Of a DNA stretch of 64,000 nt, positions 10,595 through 23,095 are shown piece by piece. The stretch's first letter is position 1, and the number at the start of each line of letters is the position of its first letter. The stretch covers positions 26,660,001-26,724,000 of the forward strand of contig NC_135901.1 in assembly GCF_964194155.1 (NCBI RefSeq), in the 5' to 3' direction. The translations under genes and the position numbers were made by a program. The stretch is from Cetorhinus maximus. Lineage: Eukaryota. Under the pieces are notes generated by a model. It was not told where the DNA came from. It saw only the letters and a program-made list of their open reading frames with translations, and searched no databases.

Positions 10595-11718
10595 AGCTGG
10601 GAACTGATCAACGCAGTCAGACTGCGGAGAGACCATTCACCTGGTCCATGTGTGGGAATGGACTTACTCAGTTATCCAGTGCATTGACAGACCAGCGAGT
10701 TCACACTGGGGAGAGGCCGTTCAGATGTTCTGTGTGTGGGAAGGAATTCGCTGAATCATCTGAGCTACTGGTGCATGAGAAAGTTCACACTGAGGAGAGT
10801 CCATTCACCTGCTCTGTGTGTGGGAAGGGATTCACTCAGTCATCCCATCTCACTGAACATCAACTTGTACACGGCGATCAGAGACCTTTTAAATGTTCTG
10901 ACTGTGAGAAGAGCTTTAAAAGCAAGAAGTATCTGCGAGTACACCAGCGAGTTCACACTGGGGAGAGACTGTTCACCTGCTCTGACTGCGGGAAGGAATT
11001 TGTTCAGTCACACCACCTTCTGAGGCACCAGCAAGTTCACACAGGGGAGAGGCCGTTCACCTGCCCTGACTGCGGGAAGGGATTCACACATTCACACAAC
11101 CTTCTGACACACCAGCGAGTTCACACTGGGGAGAGGCCGTACACCTGCTCTGACTGTGGGAGCGGATTCACTCAGTTATCCCACCTTCTGACACACCAGC
11201 GAGTTCACGCTGGGGAGAGACCGTTCACTTGCTCTGACTGTGGGAAGGGATTCACTCAGTCACACCACCTTCTGACACACCAGCGAGTTCACACTGGGGA
11301 GAGGCCATTTACCTGCTCCGAGTGTGGGAAGGGATTCAGTCAGTCATCCCACCTTCTGACACACAAGCAAGTTCACACTGGGGAGAGGCCATTCACCTGC
11401 TCTGAGTGTGGGAAGGGATTCGCTCAGTCATACCAGCTTCTGATGCACCAGCAAGTTCACACTGGGGAGAGACCGTTTACCTGCCCAGTGTGCGCAAAGG
11501 GATTTACTCAGTCATCAAACCTACTGGTACACCAGCGAGTTCACACCGGGGAGAGACCATTCACCTGCTCCATGTGTGGGAAGGGATTCACTCAGTCATC
11601 CCACCTTCTAACGCATCAGCAGGTTCATAGGGGGGAGAGGCCATTCACCTGCTCCGTGTGTGGGAAGGGATTCACTCGGTCATCCCACCTGCTGAGACAC
11701 CAGCGAGTTCACAAATGA
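10570..11718 (+). CDS. C2H2 zinc-finger protein (ZNF-2), 12 intact plus 1 degenerate finger
   Basis: 382-aa ORF with 12 canonical CxxC-x12-HxxxH fingers and mostly TGERP linkers; ends HQRVHK*. The start ATG lies in CR1-derived sequence, so the true start is uncertain. Confidence 0.88.
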   Translation: MNGLNGLLQLGTDQRSQTAERPFTWSMCGNGLTQLSSALTDQRVHTGERPFRCSVCGKEFAESSELLVHEKVHTEESPFTCSVCGKGFTQSSHLTEHQLVHGDQRPFKCSDCEKSFKSKKYLRVHQRVHTGERLFTCSDCGKEFVQSHHLLRHQQVHTGERPFTCPDCGKGFTHSHNLLTHQRVHTGERPYTCSDCGSGFTQLSHLLTHQRVHAGERPFTCSDCGKGFTQSHHLLTHQRVHTGERPFTCSECGKGFSQSSHLLTHKQVHTGERPFTCSECGKGFAQSYQLLMHQQVHTGERPFTCPVCAKGFTQSSNLLVHQRVHTGERPFTCSMCGKGFTQSSHLLTHQQVHRGERPFTCSVCGKGFTRSSHLLRHQRVHK

Positions 11719-11771
11719 CTGCCAGAGTTGGATTGTGTTATTGCTGCCGTTAGTCACATCCAGGACTGAAC

Positions 11772-12106
11772 GTGTGGGTGAATCCTGAGGTGTGTAAGAA
11801 ATGTGTCACAGCCGCTCCCTTCCATGGTTCAGAACCCCTCGACGTGGAACAGAAGGGTCCTTTACAACTGGGTTTAGAGTCAGGAAGGACAATAGTGAAT
11901 GCTGGAAATGTGCTGTCAAATCAGAGATTGGTGTAAAACTGTGATCTGTTCCTGACTGAGAGTGAAACGGCAGGTTTAAGTTTCCAGTCTGAAAATGACT
12001 GTGGTAATTATGGTACGTAGATTTAAAATGTTTGTGTGACATTCCTGAGTCTACCAATGTAAGGCAATAACAACAAGAGGTTGCATTTCTACGTGGAACC
12101 TTCAAC
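11772..12106 (+). repeat. dispersed ZNF-associated 3' block, copy 2
   Basis: Closely similar to 46002-46335, including the downstream gcaataacaacaaga.gttgcattt junction. Confidence 0.9.
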
Positions 12107-13148
12107 CGCTCTCACCTTCCATTAACTTCAATGTAACAGAAATTGACAGTTGGAACCTGTCAACATTTGAAAGATATTTACAAATGATTGGAGGGTTTCT
12201 TACAGTTGGGATCTTCCTCTGTTCTGTCCACTCGAGGTGTTCGATAACAGACTTTCTCCTGTGAATATCGAGCTGGAGTATTGGGCTGTGATGTGTTTCC
12301 TTGTTCATCTTGTTGACTCTAAATATTGAATCTTGTGGTTTCAGACACCAGATAATCAAGCTCACAACATCAGATTGTCTTTTCCTGACTTTATTAACAG
12401 CACTGCAATCATACAGACAGAGTAATTCCTCACATGGTTCCGGTCCTCAATGAAGTACTTATAAATGTTATCATTTTATATACTTCAGAGCCTGTAATAT
12501 AGGAATGGTGGATTGGTGTGTAATTTTAATATAATTTAAATTCAATATTCCTTCTTTTAATATCATGTTCACCACTTCCCTGTTACCTGCTGCATTTGTT
12601 TGTCTATTGTTGTTAGTACATGATTGTCACATGTTTTCATGTTTTGAATTTGATTATGTAGTCTATAGATGACATTTTATGAATTATTTGATGTAAGTGA
12701 CACTGCAATTCATCCTTTGGGCTGTGAATATGTTTCTTGAGTAAAATACCATTATATTAAATAAAATATTACCCGATCAGGAGTACAGAGATAATACAGC
12801 GGATTCAGAGCTCTCTTCTCCCCAGCTCTGATCTAACAAGCTGCAGCAACGCTGAAGATATTTATATTCAACTTGTTCACTACATCCGTGAACTGATTCT
12901 GCACAAACCATAACTACCAGGATATCTGTGCACCGTTCTGAGTGTGAGCACAAGGCGGTGTCACTATCACACACAGATACCATTTCCTTGGTTCACGTCT
13001 CCAGACAAAGACCAGCTCTTTACACATCCCCTTTCTACACAATTGCAGCAGACATGAGCGAGGATGTGGGCTCATTAATATTCTCCCACATTTCATAACA
13101 GCAAAGGTTCCACTGGGACAAAGGTTCAGGCATTTTCCATTACAGGCA

Positions 13149-14000
13149 AAATACAGAGTAGTACAGGAGCACATTGACAGTTTAACAGTCATCAGCCTGC
13201 AGGCTCCTGTTAAATACAGAGTAGTACAGGAGCACACTGACAGTTTAACACTCATCAGCCTGCAGGCTCCTGTTAAATACAGAGTAGTACAGGAGCACAC
13301 TGACAGTTTAACACTCATCAGCCTGCAGGCTCCTGTTAAATACAGAGTAGTACAGGAGCACACTGACAGTTTAACAGAGTCTTATCTGCCTGCAGGCTCC
13401 TGTTAAATACAGAGTAGTACAGGAGCACACTAACAATTTAACAGTCATCAGCCTGCAGGCTCCTGTTAAATACAGTGCAGTATAGGAGCACACTGACAGA
13501 TTAACACAGTCTCATCAGGCTGCAGGCTCCTGTTAAATACAGAGCAGTGCAGCAGCGCACTGACAGTTTAACAGAGTCTCATCAGCCTGCAGGCTACTGT
13601 TAAATACAGAGCAGTACAGGAGCAGACTGACAGTTTACCAGAGTCTCATCTGCCTGCAGGCTACTGTTAAATACAGAGCAGTACAGGAGCAGACTGACAG
13701 TTTAACAGAGTCTCATTCGTCCACAGGCTCCTGTTAAATACAGAGCAGTGCAGCAGCTCACTGACAGTTTAACAGAGTCTCATCAGCCTGCAGGATCCTG
13801 TTAAATACAGAGTAGTACAGGAGCTCACTGACAGTTTAACAGAGTCTCATCAGCCTGCAGGCTCCTGTTAAATACAGTGCAGTATAGGAGCACACTGACA
13901 GTTTAACAGAGTCTCATCAGCCTGCAGGCTCCTGTTAAATACAGTGCAGTATAGGAGCACACTGACAGTTTAACAGAGTCTCATCAGCCTCCAGGCTCCT
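13149..14000. repeat. minisatellite, 63-67-bp unit, about 13 copies
   Basis: Unit aaatacagagtagtacaggagcacactgacagtttaacagagtctcatcagcctgcaggctcctgtt. Confidence 0.95.
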
Positions 14001-14389
14001 CTCCGATACATTCGCTGAGTGGGTTTCAATTTAAGCCAGGTTTACAGACCTGATGCTCCATTCACACATCGAAGGTGGGAGAGATGCTGTGCGACACACA
14101 CCACGCCCAGAAGCTGAAAGTAATTAACAGTCTGGGTTTTGCATTTTGTCATCCCGGGAGTGTTACCGATACCTTCCCTGGATAGGAGAGACACTCTGGA
14201 ATGTATGGGGAGCTGGGACTTGTCCATGAGAGTCACCAAAGGTATGAGGACTGAAATAATCGAGAGTTAGAGAGGGGAAAAGATCCAAAAGTGGAACAGT
14301 CAATCAATCGCTTTCCTTTACCTTGGAGAATTTGAGAGGACCACTGGAGCGCTGAGTGCAGTTCTGATCTCCATATTTAAGGAAGGAGG

Positions 14390-14700
14390 AGGTCTTGTGT
14401 TGCAGTGGGTAATATCCCTGTCTCTAAGCCGGTAGCTCCGGGTTCAAGTCCCACTCCAGGACTTGGCCACAGAAACAGCGTGCATCACGCAGCCAAACAG
14501 CTCGAGTATCAGCCTGTAAACCCTCCCAAGACAGACCAATCGCAGGTGGGCAGAGGGGGAGAGATTCCTGGTCAGCCTTTGGTGGAAAGAAAATCGAAGC
14601 TTCTTCCGTTACTTGTTCATAGCTCTGTACTAAAACACGCCATGTAAAAATGTATGCTGTCATAGCAACTCGGACTCCTTAGGGGGCCAGTTGGTGGTCC
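14390..14700 (+). mobile_element. tRNA-derived SINE-like element
   Basis: A-box-like tgttgcagtgg and B-box ggttcaagtcc in the head (14398-14452); 3' extent uncertain. Confidence 0.45.
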
Positions 14701-14849
14701 GTGGGGATCGGGTTGGTGCCCAACAGCATGTGGTTTGCTCCCCATTTTAGCTGGGGTGGGTTTGGTACCTGCTTCATCGCCCTGCGCATGGTAGAGATCA
14801 CAAGTGCTATGGCTCAGACCTGGCTTTGGACAGAGAACTGAAGATGACT

Positions 14850-15504
14850 TAAGGAAGGGTATACTTGCATTGGAGATGGTTCAATTGGCTCCTGGCTTGA
14901 GAGGGTCTTACGATGAGAGGCCTATATTCTCTGGAGTTCAGAAGAATTGAGATGTGAGTTCACTGAAATGTACAAGATTCTGAATGGGCTTGACAGGGTA
15001 GACACTGAGAGGATGCTTCCTCTGGCTGTGGGGAATCTAGGGCAAGAGGGCATAGTCTCAGGATAAGGAACTGAGATGAGGAAAAATTTACTTTCTCAAA
15101 GACACCCAAGCTGTAACTAATGGAGTGCCACAGGGGTCAGTGCTGGGGGCCTCAACTATTTACAATCTACATCAACGACCTGGATGAACAGACCAAATGT
15201 AGGGTAGCTAAATTTGCCAATGACACCCAAGATAAATAGGAAAGGTAAGTGGTCAAGAGGAGGTAGAAAGTCTGAAAGGCAGATAGACAGGTTAAGTGAG
15301 CGAGCAAAAATTTGGTAGATGGAGTATAACGTGGGCAAATGTGAACTTGTTCATTTTGGCAGGAAGAACGGAAAAGCGGAACTCTGTGGTACAGAGGGAT
15401 CTGGGTGTCCTGGTACGTGAATCACAAGAAGTTAGTATGCAGGTACAGCAAGTGATTAGGAAGGCAGGTGGAACGTTGGCATTTATTGCAAGAGGAATGG
15501 AATA
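14850..15504 (+). mobile_element. CR1 fragments (left part of a CR1 split by a solo LTR)
   Basis: ggagtgccacaggggtcagtgctggg and QRDLGVLVRESQEVSMQVQQVIRKA; continues at 17246. Confidence 0.85.
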
Positions 15505-17245
15505 TGTTAGGACGTGGCAGGTGATATGTGCCAGGCAGACAAAATCCACAAGGGAAACTTGGCCACGCTATCACAACAGTTTTGTCATTTGCTCTTATTA
15601 CGAGAAGGCTGATGCACTGAATTCAGAAGAATTGAGGCCACTGACACCTTTAGAGATTTTAAAATTCGATTAAAACATTTAGTAACAAAAGAAAAAAAAC
15701 AATAAACACACAGTTACATGGTTATTTAGTCTTGACAGTTCCAAAAATTCTTAATTAACCTGACTCCCAACTATACACTCCATTTAAGGCAACAGTCCAA
15801 AATAGATTTTAAATTTAAGTAAGCAATCCAGCAAGGTTACCACAGCACCCACTCAACAGTGGAATTCTAAAGGCTTTTAACACGACTGGAACAGCACTTC
15901 TTTCTGCAGAGTGGCTAGGGCTTCTACCAGTCAGTCAAGATTTTACATGGCCTCCCCCCTAAATAGCCTTTCGTCCTTCTTTATATATGTTTCTCTCTCT
16001 TTAATGTGTAAAATCCCATTGTTCTACATGTCTTTGGAAAATTACTTTTCCCATAATATAAAAACCTTTCATGTTGTCATTATGGCTTTTTTCCTTTTGG
16101 GAAAAATACAAGTAATAACCTTGCTCCATTTATCTTGCTAGTTGTAAACATCCTACCATCCCTTTGAAAATCAAACAATTCCTTCACTTATCTAAAAATG
16201 CAAATTTCATTCACACCTTATCTGTGGAACATAATGAATATAACGTGGAAAAACGTGAGGTTATCCACTTTGGTAGAGGGAACAGATGTGCAGAGTATTT
16301 CTTAAATGGTAAGAGATTAGAAAGTGCAGGGGTACAAAGGGACCTGGGTGTCCTTGTCCATAGGTCACTGAAAGCTCACATGCAGGTGCAGCAGGCAGTT
16401 AGGAAGGTTAATGGTATGTTGGCCTTCATCACAAGAGGATCTGAGTACAGGAGGAGTGAAGTCTTGCTTCAATTGTACAAAAGCTTGATTAGACAGCACC
16501 TGGAGTACAGTGTGCAGTTTTGGTCCCCTTACCTCAGAAAGGATATTATTGCCATAGAGGGAGTGCAACAATGGTTCACCAGGCTTGTTCCGGGGATGGC
16601 GGGACTGTCTTATGAAGAGGGATTGGGGAAACTGGGCCTGTATTCTCTAGAATTTCGAAGAATGAGAGGTGATCTCATTGAAACCTACAAAATACTTAAA
16701 AGGAATAGACAGGGTCGGCGCAGGTAAGATGTTTCCCTTGGCTGGGGAGTCTAGAACCAGGGGACACAATTTCAAAATAAGGGAGAGGCCACTCGAGACT
16801 GAGATGAGGAGAAATTTCTTTACTCAGAGGGTTGTGAATCTTTGGAATTCTCTACCCCAGAGGGCCGTGGAAGCTCAGTCATTGAGTGTGTTTAAGGTAA
16901 AGATTGTTAGGTTTCTGATTAATAATAACGCAAAGGGTTATGGGAATAGTGTAGGTAAAAGGCATTGAGGTGTTCAATCAGCCATGATCATATTGAATGA
17001 CAGAGCAGGCTCGGCAGGCTGAATGACCTTCTCCTGTTCCTATGTTCCTAACCCTCATCCTAGCTTATCCATCTCCATTTCAAAAGTCTGCTTTACACCT
17101 AATTCTTTTGATGCTTTCAACCTTGCAGGCTATCTGACTCTAATTTAATTAAATTAGCCACACAGGCAGGCCCATCCAACACACAACCATAAACCTACTT
17201 TACTGTGCCCCACAGTAATATGGGAAAAATATGAGTTTTGTGGCA
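15505..17245 (-). mobile_element. solo LTR of the Gmr1-like Gypsy family, interrupted by a CR1
   Basis: Reverse complement of the LTRs at 38951-39762 and 61880-62805; TG...CA ends; 4-bp TSD aata (15501-15504, 17246-17249). Confidence 0.88.
16225..17048 (+). mobile_element. 5'-truncated CR1 nested in the solo LTR
   Basis: ORFs 16164..16727 and 16669..16968 with CR1 C-terminal motifs; 3' tail cctatgttccta. Confidence 0.9.
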
Positions 17246-18065
17246 AATATAAAAGTAGGGAAGTTTTACTGCAGCCGCGCAGGGCCTTGGTGAGACCACA
17301 TCTGGAATACTGTGTACAGCTTTGGTTTCCTTTTTTGCAAAAAAGATATAATTATGTTGGAAGCAGTTCAGAGAAGGTTCACTCACTCATTCCTGGGATG
17401 AAGGGCTGATCTAAATGAAGAAAGGTTGAACAAGGCCTATATTCATTGGAGTTTAGAAGAATAAGAGGTGACCTTATTGAAACATACAAGACTCTGAGAG
17501 GACTTGAGGACGTTTCCACTTTTGGGGCAGACTAGAACTGGGGGACACAGTCGAACAATCAGAGGTCTCCTTTTTAAGACTTGATACGGGGGGGGGGGGG
17601 GGGCGGAAATTCTCTCAGAGGGTCTGTGAAATTCTCTTCCCCAGAAAACATTGGAGGCTGGGTCACTGAATTTATTCAAGGCAGAGTTAGACAGGTGTCT
17701 GGTAGACAAGGGCGTCAAGGTTTCTAGTGGGCGCTGACAGGAAAGTGGAGTTGAGGTCAAACCAACCATGACCTTATTGAATGGCGGAGCAGGCTCGAAG
17801 GGTCAAATGGCCGACTGCTGCTCCTAAGTCCTATGCTCCAATGTGAATCTTTGGAATTCTCTACCCCAGTGGGTTGCAGGTGTTCCATCGTTGGATATAT
17901 TTAAGCCTGAGATAGGCAGACTTTTGTCTCTTGAGGACTCAAGGGAAATCCAGAGCAGGTGGGAAAGTGGAGATGAAGCCAAAGATCACCCACTATCGTA
18001 TTGAATGGCGAAGCAGCATCGATGGGCCATGCGGTCTACTCCTGCGCCTATTTCTTATGGTTTTA
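17246..18065 (+). mobile_element. CR1 3' parts (right part of the split CR1 plus a second 3' fragment)
   Basis: Resumes aatataaaagtagggaag (EYKSREV); two CR1-type 3' UTR tails ending near 17835 and 18065. Confidence 0.8.
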
Positions 18066-18203
18066 TGACACGCAGCCTGCTTCCACCAGAACTGATACAT
18101 GTGACGGATATTTGGTAAATATGAAACTCCGGCCCAGTTATAGGGGTTATTTACATCAGCAGAAACAAAGGATGTGATTAACAGCAGGATCCAACCTCTG
18201 CAG

Positions 18204-18795
18204 TCACTTGTGAACTCGCTGGTGTGTCAGCAAGTGAGACGATCGAGCAAATCTCTTCCCACACACAGAGCAGGTGAACGGCCTCTCCCCAGTGTGAACT
18301 TGCTGGTGTGTCAGCAGATTAGATGACTGAGAAAACCCCTTCCCACACACAGAGCAGGTGAATATCTTCTCCCCTGTGTGAACCCGCTGATGTGTCACCA
18401 GGTTGGATGATGAAGTGAATCCCTTCCCACACACGGAGCAGGTGTACGGCCTCTCCCCGGTGTGAACTCGCTGGTGTTGAATGAGGTGAGACGACTGTCT
18501 GAATCTCTTCTCACATTGAGAACAACCGAACGGTCTCTCGTCAGTGTAAACAAGCTGGTGTTTAATTAGATCCGGTGAGATTTTAAAGCCTTTCCCACAA
18601 TCAGAGCATTTAAAAGGCCTCTCATCAGTGTGAACTCGCTGGTGTAACTGAAGGCTGGACATCAGAGTGAATCCCTTCCCACACACAGAGCAGGTGTACG
18701 GTCTCTCCCCTGCATGACTACGCCAGTGAGTTTCCAGCTGGGATGGGCAACGGAATCCCCTTCCCACAGTCCCCACATTTCCACGGTTTCTCCGT
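18204..18795 (-). pseudogene. C2H2 ZNF-3, probably a pseudogene or N-truncated (5 intact fingers, 1 His-to-Tyr finger, first finger frameshifted)
   Basis: ORF 18204..18776; ACG instead of ATG at 18795 and an extra G in gggaaggggattc break finger 1. Confidence 0.72.
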
Positions 18796-19351
18796 GATGC
18801 AGGTGTCCGTGTGTCTCTCCAGGTTGGATGATCAGTTGAAGACTCACTTACATTCAGAACACTTGTCCAGTTTCTCCCTGCTGTGAATGTGGTGATGTTT
18901 CTCCAGGCTGCGTAACTGGTTCATGTTCTTTGCACAGTCAGTGCATTGGAACACTCTCACTCAGGTGTGTGTGTGTGTGTGTGTGTCTTGGTACTTTGGT
19001 TTGCGATCCTTTCCTGTAAATCCTCTCCTTCTAAAACACCTTGTAAAAGAAATTTACAAAACCGAGCCCTGTGAACACAGGATAGGTATTCAGAACAGAC
19101 CGCGCTAGTTCTGACGGAACATTCTTTCTTCTCTCGTTTCCCCAAACATCCACAGCAATGGGCTTGATTTTTACTGCCCTCTGAAATGATCTAACAAACC
19201 ACTCAGCTGTAAAAACGCAGCGGAAAGCAGTAGACCGTGGGCGTACCTACACCAAAGTACCTGCAGCAGGTCAAGAAGGTGGCTCAGCATCACCTTCTCA
19301 AAGGCAATGAGGAACAGGGAACAAATGCCAGTCTTGCCAGCGATGCACACG

Positions 19352-19680
19352 TCACAGAATCACAGTGCAGAAGAGGCCCTTCGGCCCATCGAGTCTGCAC
19401 CGGCACATGAGAAACACCTGACCTACCTACCTAATGCCATTTACCAGCGCTTGGCCCATAGTCTTGAATGTTATGATGTGCCAAGTGCTCATCCCGGTAC
19501 TTTTTAAAGGATGTGAGGCAACCCCCCTCCACCACCCTCCCGGGCAGCGCATTCCAGACCGTCACCACCATCTGGGTAAAAAAGTTTTTTCCTTACATCC
19601 CCCCCAAACCTTCTGCCCCTCACCTTGAACTTATGCCCCCTTGTGACTGACCCTTCAACTAAGGGGAACAGCTGCTCCCA
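19352..19680 (-). mobile_element. CR1 3' fragment
   Basis: EQLFPLVEGSVTRGHKFKVRGRRF; same 3' tail as 34608-35095 and 60750-61768. Confidence 0.88.
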
Positions 19681-19834
19681 AGACGGACTTAAAAGAAACC
19701 ACAAATATGAAACCTATGGGTTTGCTTTCCTGAGTGCAAATTCTCCCTTCCGTAACCCCTTGGAAAAGGAGTTTGGAAAATCCAAGACCGTCAGCCCAGG
19801 ATAGAAAATCACAACATTCTCTCCTCCTGCTGCC

Positions 19835-20010
19835 GGGCCCAGAACGACCGCGCGTGCATCCTCCTGCGTCACGGTCGATCAAACCCGAAGACCCACCCCG
19901 CTGGAGACACACGTGATCTCCAATGGACCAATCGGCTTCTCTCTCGGGCAGAGGGAGGAGTTGAAAAAGGGGTCTGAAGCCCAGCCCACTCAGTGTTCCT
20001 GCACGGAAAT
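19835..20010. promoter_or_regulatory. GC-rich promoter remnant of ZNF-3
   Basis: Follows the ctctcctcctgc module as at 7997-8010; CpG-rich with two CCAAT motifs at about 19920-19933. Confidence 0.5.
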
Positions 20011-20104
20011 TAAGGCGAATTGACCCTTTTCCCTTCACCCCAGTAATTAATTAATTATAAACGAATTGGGACTCTCAATGTGGAGGTTTGACCCAGCTTC
20101 GCCC

Positions 20105-21335
20105 ACGGTGGAGAATGTCCCCTGTAGACATACTGTATTTTGATTTCCAGAAGGCATTTGATAAGGTGCCACATCAAAGATTATTACGGAAAACAAAAGC
20201 GCATGGTGTAGTGGGTAACATATTAGCATGGGTAGGAGATTGTCTGGCTGGCAGAAAGCAGAGAGTATGCATAAATGGGTCTTTTTCTGAATGGCAGGAT
20301 GTGACGAGTGGCGTCCCACAGTGGGTCTGTACTGGGGCCTCAACTTTTTACGATTCACATCAATGACTTAGATGAGGGGAGTGAAGACCTGGTAGCTAAA
20401 TTTGCAGATGACACAAAGATAAGGTAGGAAAGTAGGTTGTGAAGAGGACCTGAGGAGATTGCAAATGGATACAGGTAGGTTGAGCGAGTGGGCACAGATC
20501 TGGGCAAATGGAGTTTAATGTGGGAAACTGTGAAGTTGTTCACTTTGGAAGGAAGAATAAAAAAAGCAGAGTATTACTTGAATGGAGAACGGCTGCATAA
20601 TTCTGAGGTGCAGAGGGATCTAGGTGTTCTAGTACATGAGTCACAAAAAGTTAGTGTGCAGGTACAGCAAGTAATTAAGAAGGCTAATGGAATGCTATCC
20701 TTTACTACGAGAGGAATTGAACATAAAAGTGAGGATGCTTCAGTTACACACGGAATTGGTGAGACCGCACCTCGAACACTGTGTGCAGTTTTGGTCTCCT
20801 TATTCAAGGAAGGATAGAAATACATTGCAGGCGGTTCAGAGGAGGTTTGCTGGATTGATACCTGGAATGAGTGGGTTGTCTTATGAGGAAAGGTTGGACA
20901 GACTGGGCTTGTTTCCACTGGAGTTTAGAAGAATGAGGGGTGATTTGATTGAAGTTTACAAGATCCTGAAAGGCCTTGACAAGGTGGACGTTGAAAGGAT
21001 GTTTCCTCTTGTGGGTGAGTCCAGAACTAGGGGGCACTGTTTTAAAATTAGGGGTCGCCCTTTTAGGACAGAGGTGGGGAGAAATTTTTTCTCTCAGGGG
21101 GTTGTGCGACTTTGGAACACTCTGCCTCAGAAGGGGGTGGAGGCGGGGTCGCTGAATATTTTTAAGGCAGGGGTAGATGGATTCTTGTTAGGCGAGGGAA
21201 TCGAAGGTTATCGGGGTTAGATGGAAACGTGGAAATCGAAATACAAGATGATCAGCCATGATCTTATTGAATGGTGGAGCAGGCTCGAGAGGCCAAATGG
21301 TCTACTCCTGTTCCTATTTCTTATGTTCTTATATG
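20105..21335 (+). mobile_element. 5'-truncated CR1 LINE between two promoter halves
   Basis: VDILYFDFQKAFDKVPH, GVPQ, RPHLEHCVQFWSPY; 3' tail tcttatgttcttatatg. Confidence 0.93.
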
Positions 21336-21344
21336 TTTTATCCA

Positions 21345-21660
21345 CATCGCAGGACAGCAGTGCGCAGGCGCAGTGCGGAACACGAGCATGCGCAGTCCGA
21401 GTGATGGCGGTAGACAGCTTGTTTGTTGCATGTGAAGCCGGTTGAGCGGTGGCAGTGAGGTGGAGGGAGCGATGGAGCTGGAGGGTGGGCAGAGAGGTGT
21501 CAATAATGCCCGGCGTAGGCTGCAAGCACGGCAAAAGAACCTGCAGGTCCAGCATTTACAACCTCAGGGATTTTTGACACAGAAACAGGCCCAAGTTACA
21601 GCCACCATCTGGTTTCAGTAGGGAAGAGAGCGCGTGCGCGGCCATCTTGTTAACGCAGTG
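21345..21660. promoter_or_regulatory. CpG-rich promoter of ZNF-4
   Basis: NRF1-type tgcgcaggcgca and gcatgcgca; YY1-type gcggccatctt at about 21638. Confidence 0.6.
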
Positions 21661-22003
21661 GAGAGTGGGTGAATGGGTGTTCAGGGTTCTATGTGACCAG
21701 GAGAAAAAAACAATTGACGCCGATTTTATTCTCAGTCTGCAGACAGGGACTGGAAAACTGAACCCAGGCAGAGAGGAGAGGGAGGGAGGGAGAAAACTGG
21801 GGGCGGAGGAAAGAAATGGTGTAGATGGGTGAGATGGGTTTGGATTTCAGCCTGGGGAGGAAGGGAGAGTGTGTGGGGGGACGGGGATTTACAGCTTTGG
21901 GGGAAACAAGAGAAGGAAAAAAATATTCCACAGAAACTAGAATTGTCTTCTGAATTTCTATCCTGGACTGACAGTGAATGACTATTATAAACTCCTTTCC
22001 CAG

Positions 22004-22557
22004 GTTATTAGAATGGAGGATTTGCCTACAGGAACCTCAAGCATCGTGTCAAGAGCTGACAGAGTCACCCGAGTCAGCAGGACATGAGTATCATCAGCCT
22101 TTGAATGTCGAGGAAGAAATGTTTGCCTGTTCTGTCTATGGAAAAAATATTACAAACTTCGGTGTGACTAGAAAAGCACCGGGACACACACACACACACC
22201 CGAATGAGAGTGTTCCAGCGCACTGACTGTGAAAAGAGCTTTCACCTGTTACACAGCCGGAATAAACATCACGCCATTCACAGCGGGGAGAAACTAAACT
22301 GTACAGCCGCTGTGTGTGTGTGTGTGTGGATGAGGATTCAACTGATTGTTTCACCTGGAGAGACACCAGGACACTAACACCACGGAGGAGCCATGGAAAA
22401 TGTGGGGACTGTGGAACCGGATTCATCCCCCCCAATCCCTGCGGGAAATGCATCGGCGTATCCACACTGGGGAGAGGCCGTTCACCTGCTCCGAGTGTGG
22501 GAAGGGATTCACTGTGTCGCCCAATCTGCTGAGACACCAGGACGTTCACAAGGTGAC
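22004..22557 (+). pseudogene. C2H2 ZNF-4 pseudogene (decayed leader plus 2 fingers, frameshifted)
   Basis: Acceptor ttcccag at 22003; decayed leader; ACG at 22382; extra A in tggaaaatgt; one intact finger [21 protein letters not shown]. Confidence 0.8.
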
Positions 22558-22819
22558 TGCAGAGGGTTTGGATTCCACTGTTATTCCTGTGGTTAATCAC
22601 CTCCAGGACTGGACAACGTTCATTTTGTGACACTTGGGTGTCTGTTTCTGCTGCTGACGATGATCCCCATAACTGGGCTGGAGGTTAATATTCTGGATGA
22701 ATGTCAAATAAATCAGCTTGGTTTCAAACAGATAGTGGGTGGAGTGTTTGTTTCCTCCAGGATAAGAGGAACTAATTAAAATCCTGTTCCAGAAAGATTT
22801 GTATTTTTGCAGCCAACAA

Positions 22820-23095
22820 AATTCCTTTCAAGTGCAGCAACTGTTGTAATGTAGGAAATACAGCAGCTAATTTATGCAGAGCAAGATCCCACAGACAGGA
22901 ACATGACCAGGCCCAGAAAAATCTGCTTCGGTGATGTTGTTTGAGGGGTCAGCACCGGCCAAGACTCGGGGCAGAGCTCCCTCTGCTCTTCAAATAGAAT
23001 CAATGGATCTTTCATTCCCATCGACAGAAAGATCTCACCTGAAAGATGGGATCTCTTGAACAGGGCAGTGCTCGCTCAGCACCGCAACGGAATCA
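22820..23095 (-). mobile_element. Deu-domain SINE (SacSINE1/AmnSINE1-like), degenerate
   Basis: ctgttgtaatgtaggaaatacagcagctaatttatgcagagcaagatcccacagacag...gagctccctctgctcttcaaatag resembles the reverse strand of DeuSINEs as I recall them; not database-verified. Confidence 0.55.

Noticed and set aside
13149-14000. Palindromic tandem array resembling a CRISPR array
   Set aside because: Units are contiguous near-identical repeats with no unique spacers; there are no cas genes and the context is vertebrate.
14390-14470. tRNA-like A/B boxes (also about 4700-4770, 31186-31275 and 44685-44765)
   Set aside because: No complete cloverleaf; they continue into repeat bodies, so they are treated as SINE or LINE heads.
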